From Utricularia gibba (Eukaryota; Plantae; Magnoliophyta): a stretch of DNA of 64,000 nucleotides. The stretch's first letter is position 1. The number at the start of each line of letters is the position of its first letter. Where the stretch lies: contig NEEC01000012.1 of NCBI GenBank assembly GCA_002189035.1, forward strand, positions 2,728,001 through 2,792,000, given 5' to 3'. The notes under the pieces are model-generated. The model saw nothing but the letters and a program-made list of their open reading frames with translations, was not told the origin of the DNA and searched no databases. Shown one piece after another: positions 9,489 to 22,400 of the stretch. Made by a program: the position numbers and the translations under genes.

Positions 9489-11138
9489 ATGTCGGAAAAG
9501 CAACCCAAACAGGTTCATTGCGGTGAGCATATTTAGCTTCAGTTGTCGCTGCAATTCTCGTTATATGAAAAACTCGATCTGGAGTAACTAATTCAGTTTT
9601 CCTCAAGAGGATCGTTCTGCTTCTGGGTGAAGTGCGTTATAAAATGGATTCTTGCTACAGAACTGGAATTCACTTGCGTTACTTGGTCATGTTCTGCCAG
9701 TGGAGCACAAGGAAGTTGCGCTACACAACAGACATGGTGAAAACCTCGTAGGGATATTGCACGACACCGGCTCCCATGAGCTCGTAATCATCTGCCATGG
9801 ATTCCGGTCCTCAAAGGTTCATTCATTCATCAGCTTACTGCATACCGTGAATCTTCCTTGATGCATCTTCCCGCTGGGTTTAATCTTAAGCCTTGCCTAA
9901 TCAGGATCGAATTCCTATGCTCAACCTTGCCAATGCCTTCGAAACACAAGGCATTAGCGCCTTTCGCTTCGACTTTGCAGGCAATGGGTAACTTGTGAAT
10001 TCGAAAATCGGTTCTTGGCGGCCAAGATATTTGTATACAAATTTTAAATTTCTCGCAGCCAGAGTGAAGGTTTGTTTCAGTATGGAAATTACTCCAGAGA
10101 AGCTGAAGATGCTCATTCTGTGGTTAAGCACTTTCAAGGCCACGGATACTTGGTAGCTGCAGTTATAGGGCACAGTAAAGGTATGCTGCATCTTTTCAAA
10201 TTCTTCTTGTTGGAATCTGCAGGAAAAATAGACATGTTTCTAATGATGCTGTAATGCTCATCAGTGGCATTAGTAGATATCAATGGATTTCTTACTGAAC
10301 ATGAATACCTCCCATATACAACATTTTATCTATAAATGTTCCTCTGATTCTTGATTTTTGAGAAGGAACTGTTAGGACAATGTGTGTGTTACACTGCTAT
10401 GGCTTTGTCGTCTTTATGTTTTTGTTACAGATTCAGAGCCATCTGCTTGACGGATCTGCAACACAAAATTGAAATGTTAAGTAGTCTGGCTGTTGTTGTA
10501 TCCAGGAGGGAATGCTGTGCTCATGTACTCCGCACAACACCACGATGTACACACGATTGTAAACATTGCAGGGCGCTTCGATCTGAAAAGGGGCATAGAA
10601 GGCCGGCTGGGGAAAGACTACCAGCAGAAAATGGACAAGTATGGCTTCATTGAGGTTAAGAACCGAAGAGGTTAGTCTTCATGATGTCTATACCATAAAC
10701 TCGATGTTGCTTCACATCTTTTCTTTTCTTTTTTTTCACAGGAAAGGTGGAGTATATAGTAACGAAAGAGAGCTTAAGCGAGCGTCTTGCAACAAGTACC
10801 AGAGTGCATGCCAAAGAATCCCGCCAAACGTGAGGTTAGATACACTGAATCATCACCAGAATTAGAAGCTAAGCCGGGTGGGTGGCAATGGCAATGAGAT
10901 TTTTCTTTTTTTTTGGTTGGGTTCGAAACGCAGGGTGCTGACGATCCATGGGGCGTTGGATGAGGTTGTTGCCGTTGAAGACGCTGCGCAGTTCGATAAA
11001 CATATCGCTAATCATAAGCTGATCGTCGTTGGAGGAGCTGATCATGAATTCACACACCATCTGCATGAGTTGGCCTCCTCGGTGATTGACTTTGTCAAGG
11101 CTGGAGGCATCCCCACTGCTGCGTCGTGTCGCCTCTAA
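9489..11138 (+). CDS. Alpha/beta hydrolase (esterase/lipase/thioesterase family, At5g11910/At3g47590-like)
   Basis: Exons 9489-9522, 9701-9816, 9905-9987, 10059-10180, 10506-10670, 10742-10834, 10934-11138. Motifs CHGFRSSK, RFDFAGNG, nucleophile elbow GHSKG, HGALD, GADHEF. Ends ASCRL*. Confidence 0.88.
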
Positions 11139-11584
11139 TGATGTTGAAACAACAAAGGTGTCGGTGACACGATCTTGATAGGAGGCCACCAGAAGGGGGA
11201 GGAGATACCGAAATGGATCTTTGTCCACTCGTGATTCCAGAATCCAGAGGTAAGAATTATAGCCCAAAATAATTACATTTGGATTAAATCATAATTTATC
11301 TTTTTATTTTAAAATAATACAATGTTAATTTCTAACAAAAATAATAGTTTAAAATAATTCAATCACAATTAAACTAAAATTTTTAACACACTGGTTTAAA
11401 TTTAACTTACCAAAACAATTCTTGAATAGTTTTCTTAAACATTGATTTTTGTTAACAAACAAGCATTGCAATGGCGTTTGGGTCAAACGCATACTACGTT
11501 GCGACAAGTTTCGAGAGTACGGGAACGAAGAACAAGACTACAGGATCCATTAAAAACCAACGAGGGATTTTGCAGGCAGCATCT

Positions 11585-14500
11585 TCAGAACTTGAAATCC
11601 CTCTTCTTGGATTTGCTTTCCTTGTCCTGCATCTTCCTCTTCCTCTTATTCTCGTTCTGATACAATAAATACAACACGCCCGGGCAGATGAGCGTCCAGC
11701 GTCGGAAAAGAAATGGAGTTGGGGAGCAAGTCTGCAACTTACCTCTGCAACCATGTCGCTGAAATCCTCGCGTTGAGTTCGCAGTTTCTCCTCCTCTCTG
11801 GCTTCCTCGTACCTGGGCAAACAAAGCATTGTGAGATGCTCTGTATTCCCCAACACAAACAAAACAAAAAAAAATATCGAGTTTAATCAACTCAAACATA
11901 CTTGGCAGGCAGAACATTCTCCAAGGCATCCAACTCTTCTGGTGCCAGTGTGACATCAACCTTGTCTGATTTTTGGCCTCGTAGCAAATCAACCTTTTGG
12001 GCAATAGCAAGAAGAAATGATCAGAGATAAAATTAGACCACGTGTAACTGGATGCATAGCCAAAATTTGGTAGAAGAAGACACATAAGCACAAGAGTAAA
12101 AGGAGTAAATTTCATTACCCTTTTAGCACCAGCTTTATCCTGTGTTCCAGTGTTAATAACGTACCTGAAAAAGAGAATATGGTTCAAAAATATAGAAGAC
12201 AAATTCTGATTTAATTGAAAGCTAGACATTTCACAAAAAGAACAACTACATACGTGTGGCTTGGTGCCAACAATGCTCCAGGCGCAATCTTCTCCTCTTT
12301 CTCTTCCAGCACCTTCAACATGGAAGCACAACTGAGTACATCCACACACACAAAAAAAAAAAAAAAAAAAATAGAAGATACAAAATAGAGAATCATACTT
12401 GGTAGAGTGGTCTATCAGGTTCTTTGCGTTGCTGCTTCCGAAGATCTATGACATCAGGTGTTTCAACACCAGTTGGAGTGCTGAAAGTCAACCACAAGGA
12501 ACGGTGAGGTAATTGAGTTCAGAGATGCTGAGCATGTATAAATTTACAGACCTGTACTGACAAATTTTTGGAAGTACAAAATTAGAAATAAAGAGAATTA
12601 TACCTTGACAGACTGTCGACAGACTGAATCCCATCTTGTAGATCTTCTTCCTCGATTTGCTCTTCCTCCTCCTCTTCTTCCTCCTCTTCCTCTTCCTCCT
12701 CTTCCAAGTCGCCCCAGTGCTTTGCCTTGTCAACAGGTTCATCCTGAAAACCAGCACTAAGCATGAATACTATGTCCCGAGGCTGCAAGAATCAAGAGGC
12801 AGCAACAGGACATGCATTACCTCATAATTAGGTTGGTCTTGTTGCAGAACTCCAAACACATCTCCATAGAGAGGACGACCATACTATCAACGAAGTGGAA
12901 AAATCAAGAATCAGGATACTGAAAAAGGGCCAAAAGCAAGTTACTAAGAGAATTGTAGATGTTACCTCATCAACAGGTGGTTTGCCCCAATCCCCATGTC
13001 CATAGCCAAATTTAGCTCCCGGTGGAATAGGAGCATTAAGCCCAGGGATCTTTAAATGGGGATAAGAAGGTGGAGGACCATACCTCTGCCACCACAAAAA
13101 AAAAAAAAAAACATGAAAATTGCTGGAAGAGTGACATCTGAGCAAATGAGCAAAAAGTTGATAGACAATTTTGTGAACCTGCATGTTGATAAGCCAGGGT
13201 GGAGGGGCACCATCAGGCATGCCAAGTGCCTCTTTCAAATCATGTGACAACAACCCGGGCTTCATTTCTCTTAGCTTAACCTGAGAACGTTTATGAAAAA
13301 GGGAGCATCTAAGGTATTACACAATAAAAAGACGGAATCCTTCAGTAAATCGCTGATAAAGCACTGAGGTTGAAAATTTCACCCCATCGTCTAACATCAC
13401 AGTGATATTAGGGACATGATTGCTGTAATTACCATAAAATAATATAGGAATGAATTCTAATGGAGCACGATTTAAAATAACTTGCCTCAAATTCCTTCCC
13501 TTCATAGTACAAGTCACCATGAGTTGTCAACTTAGGCTTCGTTTGATGCTTGAAAAACGCATCATGAAGAACCTAAAGAAACCGACAAATAGGCATAAAA
13601 ATCGCAGCAAAAGTTGCATTGTTAAAGGAACACCGGTTTCATGTATAAACCTGATAATCAATGTCCATCTTCCCCATTTTAGGCTGCATTCGGTCCCTTT
13701 GCTTCTGTTTAAGTTTTTTGTTATCCTCCTTCTCAATGTAAGCCTGCATAGGAACCAGAATTATATTAGTAGATAACATCTTTGTTTGGATTAACAAAAC
13801 AGCACCCCAACAACGAACTGGAAAAGCAAGCAACATGCGATACAAAAGGTAGAGCAAGATAAAAAGGTTCTTGAGTTTGCTACGTCAGTATTATCAATAA
13901 GACAACTCATGAACCTTTTTATAGATGAACTTGAAGACAAATGCAACTCACTTGTCTAATTTTTTCAATTCCAGTGGCAGCAATGAAATCAGGAAGCTGA
14001 AAAGGTTGCTTCTCAATGCCTCTTTTTCCCTGGAAAGAGAGTACAAAATTCGGTGAGATGGGCAATAAACCTTTACAGTAACATGTCAAAGAGATGAATG
14101 CAACTCTACATGATCCGTTAGATAAGAACGCATAAAAATACATTCCATAAAGATGAATCCCCTAGAGTGGTTAAAAAATGCCACATAAAAATATTTGTGG
14201 AAATTTGCTACCGGTATTGGCAAAGGATAAATTAGCCTCTAAATCATAAATTATGCTAAGTTCCTAGAAGATCAATAATTATCATAATATCTAATAGGAA
14301 TTTTACGTTTATTTACATAATATCAGAACCCTCCCTCCACCCTCCCTAAAAAAACAAAACAATGAAAACAATTGCAGCAAGGGCCCCCCTTGCAAACACC
14401 TACATGTCAACGCTTCAAAATGCCACCACAGCACCCTGCAAGAACCACATATACATATAAGAGAAGCCTCATGATCGTTCATCACATTTTCTCTACATCA

Positions 14501-15171
14501 CTATTCAATGGACCCCCATCAACCACTTCAATGAACATCAGCATAGACAACAAAAAAACTCTAGAATATGGAAAACGTGCAACAAGTAAAACAGCAAACA
14601 AAAATCAACTCACCTGCAAAAACTTTCTTTTTTGGCACCAGTGTCGAGGTACAGCTACAGTATTTCTATATGACTTCAGGAAAACAAGTAATTTGGGATC
14701 TGATGCAGTAGCATCCCATACCTAGGAATTTATTCTGTCAGCCAAGAGCCCTTGGATAAAAACAGAAGTAAATTACGAAAAATTTGCAACATCAGGTCTA
14801 CCTCAACAACATCAGGCCTAGAGCAAATCTGTTTGAGTTCAGCAATCTTCATTCTACGTTGAAGCTGTTAGAAAGTAAACTTCGCTCAGCTTGATAGGAA
14901 AAAACATCAATAGATTACCACCAAACATCACCACAAACTGGACAAGTAGGGAACCTTCTTCTTTTTGTTTGATATTCCCCCCTTTTCCTTTTGCTGAGCA
15001 TCATCTTCCTCCTCCTCGGAATCTGAATCAGTCTTTTTCTTCGAAGCCAGATCCACAGCATTTTCATCTTTCTTATCACGCTCCTTCAGAACAAAGAAGC
15101 AAAGTTTCAAAAACAAAACAAGTAAGACATTAACCTACACCATGAAATAATCTTCAAAACAAAGAATGAAA

Positions 15172-15209
<38 letters not shown>

Positions 15210-15998
15210 CACTTCTTACCTCCACTATAGAACCGTCACTAAAAGTGAATTTCTCAAATATCTTCCTGAAATCATCATCCAAGAATCCATCTAACTCAGC
15301 CTTCTCTGGTACATATTCAATCTCTACGGGCTCCAGAGCCTAAGAATTTAAACAAAAGGTTACATGATATTCTGAATCAACTCATACAAACACTATAATA
15401 TCAAGAAAACGGAATACATGATCACACTCTAGATTCATCGTTTGATGAACCCCATGACACAAAGCTAGGATAGTTTTGTTGAATCAACCAAAACTAAAAC
15501 AATTAGATGCAATCATGTTTTGGCGTCCATTCAGTTTCACCTTCACTTCAAATTACAGTAATTTCCCATGAAGGAGGAAATACAGTAAAGCGCGACTACA
15601 AAACATACGTATCCCCTATAACGAAAAACAATATGAATAACTTCTTGAGATTAACTTCAAAAAGAGAACCACAAACCTTAAAAATCGAAATTCGAGACAC
15701 TTGAAGTGCTTTCTTTAAAAATGCTAAAAACAGATCGAGACCACTCATATATAAAAAGATAAATGTAAACAAATACCTGAACATCTGTCGACTGCTGTGT
15801 AGAATCCTTATCCAAGAAACCGTTAGAAATTTCCGACGCGGTGTCGCTGTCATTCCCATCAGTGGCGTTCTGCTTATTCTTCTTCTTTTGTTTCCGACGC
15901 CTCCTCCGGCGCTCAATCTCCCGCGATTTCTTGGAATTCAAACCACCAAGTGTCTCAGAAATCGCATCCGCATATCCGTTAGCTACCTCGGCGGTCAT
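11585..15998 (-). CDS. SF3B2: Splicing factor 3B subunit 2 (SAP145, DUF382 + PSP domains)
   Basis: Starts MTAEVANG..RRRRRRKQKK. Contains IEKQPFQLPDFIAATGIEKIRQ, KQKQRDRMQPKMGKMDIDYQV, PPPWLINMQ/RYGPPPSYPHLKIPGLNAPIP and QREDFSDMVAE. Ends KKRDFKF*. Confidence 0.95.
15176..15207. repeat. (AT)n microsatellite in an SF3B2 intron
   Basis: About 16 uninterrupted AT units. Confidence 0.95.
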
Positions 15999-16485
15999 GC
16001 CAGTTCCTCGTCAATATGCTGAGAATCCGACCTAGGGTTTCAAACCTGAGCTCGAAGATCAGAGAGAAATTCTTCAAAGAGAAACGGAGATATTAGCATT
16101 TTAAATAGTAAATAAATATGGACCACAAAATAGTGGGCTTTCTATTGGGCCACGCCCATCCAAAAAAAACCTAACAATCTCGATATTTTATGCGCTCTGA
16201 AATTATTTATTTATTTTAATAATTTGTTTTATAATTTGAATTTATTTGTATTATTCACATTCATCCGGTCGTGGAACTACACCGTAAAATTCTGATATTC
16301 CATTTTCTGTGTGAACAGTTCAAAATTAAAAATTCTTTCATTTGAATCCTGCATTACTCCGGTGAGTTGCCGACGAAAATTGTGCAGCGGCGTCCAGCTC
16401 CGCCTCATTTTTCTGTACATTTTTGGCTCCACGATCGTCGTCAGAGAGGGAAGTATCTTCTTCCATACACGTCAAAGAATTAGGT
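15999..16485. promoter_or_regulatory. Compact bidirectional promoter between SF3B2 and MOR1 (telo-box + site II)
   Basis: TAGGGTTT at 16033-16040, TGGGCT at 16134, TGGGCC at 16146, GCCCA at 16154. The two ATGs are 487 bp apart. Confidence 0.65.
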
Positions 16486-19400
16486 ATGTCGGAGGATGAG
16501 AAGTTACTGAAGGAGGCGAAAAAACTGCCATGGGAGGATCGACTTGCGCACAAGAACTGGAAAGTCAGAAATGATGCCAATGTGGATTTGGCGGCATTGT
16601 GTGAATCCATTTCCGATCCCAAAGATCCGCGGCTTCGTGAATTTGGTGAGGATTTTCATTTTGCGTTTTGGGATAGATCTAGGGCATTCCGATTCAGTAC
16701 GCGCATGTGATACGTTTATACTCAATGTGGGGGATGCGATGGGCATTAAAGTGGTTGGATCCCGTTGATTCTCAAATTGTTTTATTGTTATTAAACTTGG
16801 TGTTCTGGGCAGGTCCGTTTTTCAAGAAAACAGTTGCGGATTCGAATGCGCCTGTGCAAGAAAAGGCTTTGGATGCCCTCATTGCCTATCTAAAAGCTGC
16901 AGATGCTGATGCTGGCAGGTAGAGTACTAAGACAATATTCCTGTTGGAGTTTCGATGTTCCTTTCAATTTGCACAAAATTTCAGTTTTTTGTGTTGTTCT
17001 GGGTGATTAGATATGCTAAAGAGGTTTGCGATGCGATAGTTGCTAAATGCTTGACTGGAAGGCCTAAAACTGTCGAGAAAGCACAGATTGTGTTCTTGCT
17101 ATGGATAGAATTGGAGGCTTCAGAAGCATTCATGGTAAGTTTGATGTTTTAACATTCATGGATGTATGGTTTTCATTTTACAATGGTATGAAGATTAAAC
17201 ATCAGTTACACAGAAAAGGACGTTTAACTTCAAACAAACTGCACGCTACGTTCTTGGTGCCCCATGCTACTAGAGTCATTTTTTAATGCTACTAGAGCAT
17301 TAGGGTTTATATATACCTATTTTGAAATGGTAAAGGAGCTTTTGGATGTATCATGTGATAAATCCTTGACACATGGATGAATAATCATAATACTTGCTGT
17401 CTGTGAGAAAACGTAGCCATTCTGACCTAGATAATGCATTCCAGCTATTTTAAGTGTGCACCTATTGTATTCGATGTTGTCTTTAAACAGTGGTATGTAA
17501 AACCGCATATTCAAACTTAGGTAAACCTGTAATTAGACTTTTCCCCGAATTAAAAATTTTGTTGTTTTCCTTATAGGATGCTATGGAAAAAGCAATAAAA
17601 AACAAAGTCGCTAAGGCTGTTGTCCCTGCAATAGACGTCATGTTTCAGGCCTTGAGGTACTCATATGGTAATTTTAATGTATGTGTCTCAAGCTTATGCC
17701 TTTGTTTTTGCCTTATGTCCAAGTTCTTGTGAATCAGTGAGTTCGGTTCAAAGATTGTACCCCCAAAAAGAATATTGAAGATGCTTCCTGAACTCTTTGA
17801 CCATCAAGATCAGAATGTTCGTGCATCTTCGAAAGGTCTGACTCTGGAGCTTTGTCGTTGGATAGGAAGGGAACCTGTCAAATCAATACTATTCGAAAAG
17901 ATGCGAGATACAATGGTATTTCCTTTTCTTGTTCTTCTTCTCCTACTTTAGTAGTTTGTACAATGGGATATGAATCATTTCCATTATTATTTGACATTGA
18001 AGAAAAAAGAGTTGGAAGCAGAGGTTGCCAATGTTACAGGATCTGCTAAGCCAACCCGAAAAATTAGGTATCATTCAGTTTTTTTTTACATAATAATGCT
18101 TGAATGGACAATTTTCTCGTCTTCGTAAACAAATGGGTGTTTTGTTGATTCCATTGCGCTTTTTATTTGTAGGTCCGAGCAGGACAAGGAACCAGAGCCT
18201 GAATCTGCACCTTGCGCTGTGGGATCTAGCTCTGCTGAAGAAACTACAGCTGATGGTATGCATGTTATTTTTATGTTGTTCATCAGTATTGCTGATGTTA
18301 GTAGTCCCTTTTAACTTCCATTCTCAGTTTTCTTGTGCTGCTCATTAGTTTTTGAGTTCACTAATTTGATGCATTATAATATTTACTCTGACAGTCCCTC
18401 AAGAGATCGATGAGTATGAGCTTGTTGATCCAGTTGATATTTTGACGCCTCTGGAGAAGTCAGGATTTTGGGAAGGAGTGGTGAGTAACCATATCTATCA
18501 CAGCGTAGTTTTCTACTAACTATGGTGCATACCATTTGTTGCTACGTTGCTTCTTAGTCATGCAAAAACTGCCTGCAGATGATTTTTCTACTGAATTTGT
18601 ACAATTTCAGAAAGCTACTAAGTGGTCTGAGCGTAAGGATGCTGTTGCTGAATTGACTAAACTTGCATCTACCAAACGAATTGCTCCTGGAGATTTTTCA
18701 GAAGTTTGTAGAATATTAAAAAAGGTTGATTTTCGTTATATTCGAATTCGTTATACACCATTTTCATTTTTCATTTGGAATATATTTAGGTTGTACTGCT
18801 GATATTAATGTTATGAGGATAATGAGAAATTTGGATTTGATGTTGTTTGCTAGTGTCCGTATTTTATAAATCAATGATTCCCCCTTCCCTAGAGAAGGGC
18901 TCCTTTTTTACATGTAATTGTGTTTCTGTTGATTATGATTGTAACTTAAAAGAGCATTACTAAGCATTAGATGATCATTATTGAGCTGCGTATTAGCTTG
19001 GTATGTTAATTAATTCGCTGCAGGAAGCTATAGTCTCACGGTTTTTAATGTAAGGCTACAAACTCATGGTTGACCTGGCTGGATTGTAACCTTGAATTTT
19101 TGATTTTACAGCTCATTACTGAAGTGAATATTGCTGTGGCAATTGAAGCAATCCAGGCACTGGGAAATCTTGCTAGGGGACTTAGAACTCATTTCTCAAG
19201 CAATTCACGCTACTTATTGCCTGTACTTCTGGTTAGTGCGTTTCTTTTTTACTTTCTCAGGCTATGCGTTGGCATTTGATTTATTGCTTATATTCATCTC
19301 ATGGACGATCATTCATTGTTTCATTAGTCTCATGACTTGGTTCCTTTCGTTGAATTTAGAAGCCTGGTGATTTGCATTTGTGATGTTAGGTTATTGTTCT

Positions 19401-22400
19401 CTTATATGACTTGGTCTGAGGTTATTTCAGGAAAAGTTGAAGGAGAAGAAACCTTCATTGTCGGATGCCCTTATGCATACCCTTCAAGAAATGCAGAAGT
19501 CTGGCTGCTTGAGCCTTAATGATAGTTTGGAAGGCATGATTTTTGTCAGAACTCTGCTGTAATTTTGTTTTTCTTGTTTTGCTATACCAAGGATGTCTGT
19601 AGGATAGTCAACCATTTGGATTATCTTCTACATGTTTCAGCTAATTCATTTCCTCTGTAGCCTCCATGTTGGAATGTTGAAGTCATTTCTTCAACTTTCT
19701 AAAGAAGTTGGATTTGCTTCTTAAATTCATTTGTTGTCTGATGCTTGTAACACATTCGTTTTTTATTTCTTTATATAGAAATGAGCTTTCGCTAGATGAT
19801 TGGTCGTCATCTAAAGGATCATAACTTTTTTTGTTGCAGATGTTAAGACTGCTGTGAAGAATAAAGTGCCCCTTGTCAGATCTTTGACACTGAATTGGGT
19901 TACATGGTGTATTGAATCAAGTAACAAGGCAACCATGCTAAAAGTGCATAAGGAGTATGTTGCAATATGCATGGAGGTCAGTGAACGGTGTTTTTTTGTT
20001 TTTTCATATCACAGATGCAAATATCTATTGAATAAGAATTTTCTTTTTTTTGGATAGTACATCCCATCAGCAGCCTTCACGTATGCAAGCATGCATGGTT
20101 TCATTTTTAGTCCTAAGAATAATTAATGTGACTATTGTATCCATCTCAACAAGTTTATTCGACAAATTGCTGATTGCTAAGATTGTTGTAGTGTAAATTT
20201 TGGAAACCCTGCAGTGCCTAAATGATGGGACTCCTGATGTGAGGGATGCAGCATTCTCTGCTTTAGCTGCTATTGCGAAGGTAAGCTTTATTTAGGCTTC
20301 CTGATTTTTTCATGACGATTTTCAGCTATCATGGTTTACTATTCTGCTACATTTGTGTATATTGGTTTGAAACTTTTTTCTCTTAGATCGTTGGTATGAG
20401 ACCTTTGGAGAAGCCTCTGGAAAAGCTGGATGACGTTAGGAAAAAGAAGTTGTCAGAACTGATAGGTGGTGTGTCTGGGGAAAATGCTACAGCCCCTGGC
20501 ACAGGTTTGAACATTTTGCTCCTTATCTCTGCTTATCTGTTTATGTCCATATACAACATTTTCTTATCATTATGGGATCCTTTTCTATGCATTATTTGCA
20601 GCAGCTCTGTCTTTGGGGGCAGTGCACCATTCGCTGAGGTCCGTATTGCATTTACCTTTCCTCTTAACAGTCGTTTGGTAGTTAAGTCTGTTGGGATTTT
20701 ATATTAGATGTTTTTGACATTTATATACCTTTTTAGGCATCTAGTGGGGCTTTTGTAAGACGTTCAGCCGCTAGCATGCTTAGTGGGAAGAAACCAGACA
20801 GTACAGCTGTAAGATACATCTTCAGTTGTTTGTACTCGATCAATTAATCTTTGATTATTGCTTTATCACTTTTGGAATCTTATGTAACTTTCAGCTTCCT
20901 GTTACCAAGAAAGTAGTGTCTGGGAAATCTGGTACGAATAAGAAAACTGATAGTGGTCAGGCAAAGGTTCTTAAGACTACTGAACAGGAAGATGTTGAGG
21001 TAACCAACCTATACCATACACTTTATTCTGTAAGATCTTAATTACATGGAGACTTCTATTTATTTTGAAAATTACATTCTGCAGCCTTCTGAAATGAACT
21101 TGGAAGAGATAGAAAGCAGATTAGGATCTATAATCCAAGAGGAAACAATTACTCAGCTGAAGAGTAGTGTGTGGAAAGAACGGCTAGAAGGTTCATGCCA
21201 TTCATCGAATGATATCACTACTTCCTTCTCAATGTTGCATGTCTATTTCATATTAGATGCTTTCCTTCCCAGTAATAAATTGATTCCTGTTTCCATCTCC
21301 CCTTCATCAAATCATTTCTCAGTTAGGGTTTGCAGAAGGTTCTAGTTTCTTGCAGTCTGTAACTGTCATGTATATGACAATCCATGGGGCTTTTCTACCC
21401 CATTTCACTATTCGAATCCGCCTACATGCTTACTGTAAAAATGCCAGTTGAAAATTCTTACCAGAAAAAATATTTAGTTATTTTTGTTTGATTTGCATTT
21501 ATTGCGAATCCTGTAATTTGCATGCATTGAATATCTTGTAGAGACCTTGTTATAGTGTGCCACAATTCTGGTATCTTAATCTTCCAAGTGGAATTGTTTA
21601 CATGGATGGTGTCTGGGGGTTTCTGTTTGTTACTTAATATTCTCAAACGAAAATTCACCTGTCCCGAATGATGCTAAAATATTCAGTGGTTTGTCATATA
21701 GTGGGTGACTGGTTAGTTTTGAGTTCTGATTGATTAGATCCTCTTCCGATGTTTTAGTTCCTTTTCTTGGTTTAAGAGCCTGAAGCCACTATCTGCTGTT
21801 GCTTTGTTCACTTTCAGTGGAAGAGCATAAATTTCATAAATTGTCTTTATTGTGCAAAACTTCAACTTTGATGTGTGTACTTACGTTTCTGATTGCTAAA
21901 TTTTTGCTGCAGCTATTATGTCTATGAAAGAGCAGATTGAGTCACTCACAAACCTCGATCAGTCAGTTGAGATTCTGATTCGCTTAGTTTGTGTGCTTCC
22001 TGGATGGAATGAAAAAAATGTTCAGGTATATTTCATGCTCATTTTATGATATTAACTAGATTTCCCACATTGATATTATTTGCTTTTTTATACTTTTGAC
22101 AAGCAGGTTCAACAACAAGTTCTTGATATTATTACTTACATCACCACAAAGGCTTCAAAATTTCCAAAGAAATGCGTGGTGCTTTGTTTGTTAGGTTGGA
22201 TACTGTCAACTCTACTTCAAGTCTCCAGATGTGTACTCATCTTTATTTCTCAGTTGTGCCCAGTTCTCACCAGACTATTTTTGTCATCCGTTTGGTCCTG
22301 ACTGCCTGATTTGATAAAACTCATTTGGGGCCAGTTCTTACCAGACTATTTTTGTACATGATCACTTGGTTTGTTGATTAGTTTGTGGTGCCCTTTTGAT

